Assembly (NCBI GenBank): GCA_010405405.1
Contig: MU004233.1
Span: 571,835-635,834 of the forward strand
DNA: 64,000 bases
Direction of reading: 5' to 3'
DNA from: Microthyrium microscopicum
Taxonomy: Eukaryota
Positions 63,013 to 64,000 of the stretch are shown here, piece after piece; the first letter of the stretch is position 1; every line of letters begins with the position of its first letter. Both the position numbers and the translations under genes were made by a program. The notes under the pieces were generated by a model. That model worked only from the letters and a program-made list of their open reading frames with translations. It searched no databases and was not told where the DNA came from.

Positions 63013-64000
63013 ATGGCCACTACCGGAGATGCCTACTGCCATGCCCTCCACCGTCAACCGGTTCACCAAGATCAACCAGACAGCCTTCGGGTACTCACAG
63101 GTAACAGGACCGTCTGTTGTCTCAACGTATTACCACCGCATGTATGGCTTCGCCTACGAGATCTGGAATTGTGTTTCCATCATTGTGGAAACGATGCATG
63201 TCACTGTGACCAAATGCATCAATGGTGGTCTGAAATCTGCACGTTTCTCTCAGAAAAACTACATCATCATGAGAGATTGCAGTGTATTGAACTAAAGATA
63301 AACTTTGGAGAACACAATACACTGTGGGAAATTGAAAAGCTCCTTTCGTCACTGAAAACTTTCCCGCCCCTTGCCGGTGTTCGATTGGAGGGTGGGACTT
63401 CTCTCACAATGTCCCTGCAAAAGGCTGCTATTCATGGAACGCTTGAAGAGGTCATGAACATTTTCAAGGCATACGGACAGAGGCTCACTTCACCGAGAAA
63501 GCCATCTACGACATTCAGTAAAGGTGGCTCTTTCCCGTTCGAAAGATTGCCCACCGAGATTCAAACAGTGGTTCTATCACACTGCACATTGGTCTGCGCC
63601 CCGAAAAGTTATCCACTATATGCTCTGGCCGACAAATCCTATTCCTGCTGCGGATTTTGTTCGGCAGACCAATGCTTCTGTCGAAGCATAAATCTCGACC
63701 CGCAATGGGTCTCATACTCAACTGCCTGCCAGTGCAGTCCTCCTCGGACATCGCCTTTGTTTGCTGTCAATTCAACCGTACGACGACTAGCATCCGAGTT
63801 ATTCTATGGCCAAAACAAATTCGTATGTGAAGGCACAATGACGACAATATCAGAGCAGATTGACACTGTTAAACCTGTATATCTGGCGCTGATCAAATCG
63901 ATTTCCATTCGTTTAGCACCATCGGGGCACACACCTGACGATGTAAGCATCTACCATGCATCACAACGACAGAAACTACTGGAGCTGTTGCAAAAGATCA
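63013..64000 (+). CDS. Partial hypothetical protein with internal F-box-like motif and Cys cluster (runs off window)
   Basis: Open frame read by hand to the window end: FPFERLPTEIQTVVLSH, CCGFC..CFC..STACQC, PLFAVNSTVRRLASELFYGQNKF. True start uncertain. Confidence 0.6.
   Translation, partial: MATTGDAYCHALHRQPVHQDQPDSLRVLTGNRTVCCLNVLPPHVWLRLRDLELCFHHCGNDACHCDQMHQWWSEICTFLSEKLHHHERLQCIELKINFGEHNTLWEIEKLLSSLKTFPPLAGVRLEGGTSLTMSLQKAAIHGTLEEVMNIFKAYGQRLTSPRKPSTTFSKGGSFPFERLPTEIQTVVLSHCTLVCAPKSYPLYALADKSYSCCGFCSADQCFCRSINLDPQWVSYSTACQCSPPRTSPLFAVNSTVRRLASELFYGQNKFVCEGTMTTISEQIDTVKPVYLALIKSISIRLAPSGHTPDDVSIYHASQRQKLLELLQKI

Overview
Eukaryotic, intron-containing DNA from a filamentous ascomycete (Pezizomycotina-like genes, GT-AG introns with CTAAC branch sites, RIP-like AT/TpA-rich relics). 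Left arm (1-12 kb): RIP-degraded repeat, an F-box-like orphan, a TA-flanked MITE, a 5'-truncated hybrid histidine kinase interrupted by a second MITE, and a UPF1-like SF1 helicase preceded by a 4-copy ~48-bp repeat. Then an intact vacuolar aspartic protease (PEP4-like). From ~14.9 to ~47.6 kb there is a tandem array of about 12 highly diverged paralogues (P1-P12) of an uncharacterised protein family. They share an N-terminal F-box-like motif, a central (H/N)RxxRxxxxLQLY(V/I)A helix, a C-x(n)-C(I/L)H motif and a C-terminal DAE...Q..L...WG motif. Some copies look intact, some are pseudogenised, one is broken by a third MITE with a 5-bp TSD, and one ends in a WG/GW + RG-rich tail. The array ends at an Mx/dynamin-like GTPase. 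Core genes follow: JmjC/PHD demethylase, RBM42-like RRM protein, 6-phosphogluconate dehydrogenase and Lsm12-like, then a partial F-box-like ORF running off the window. Gene models were read by eye and exon boundaries inside the array are partly uncertain.
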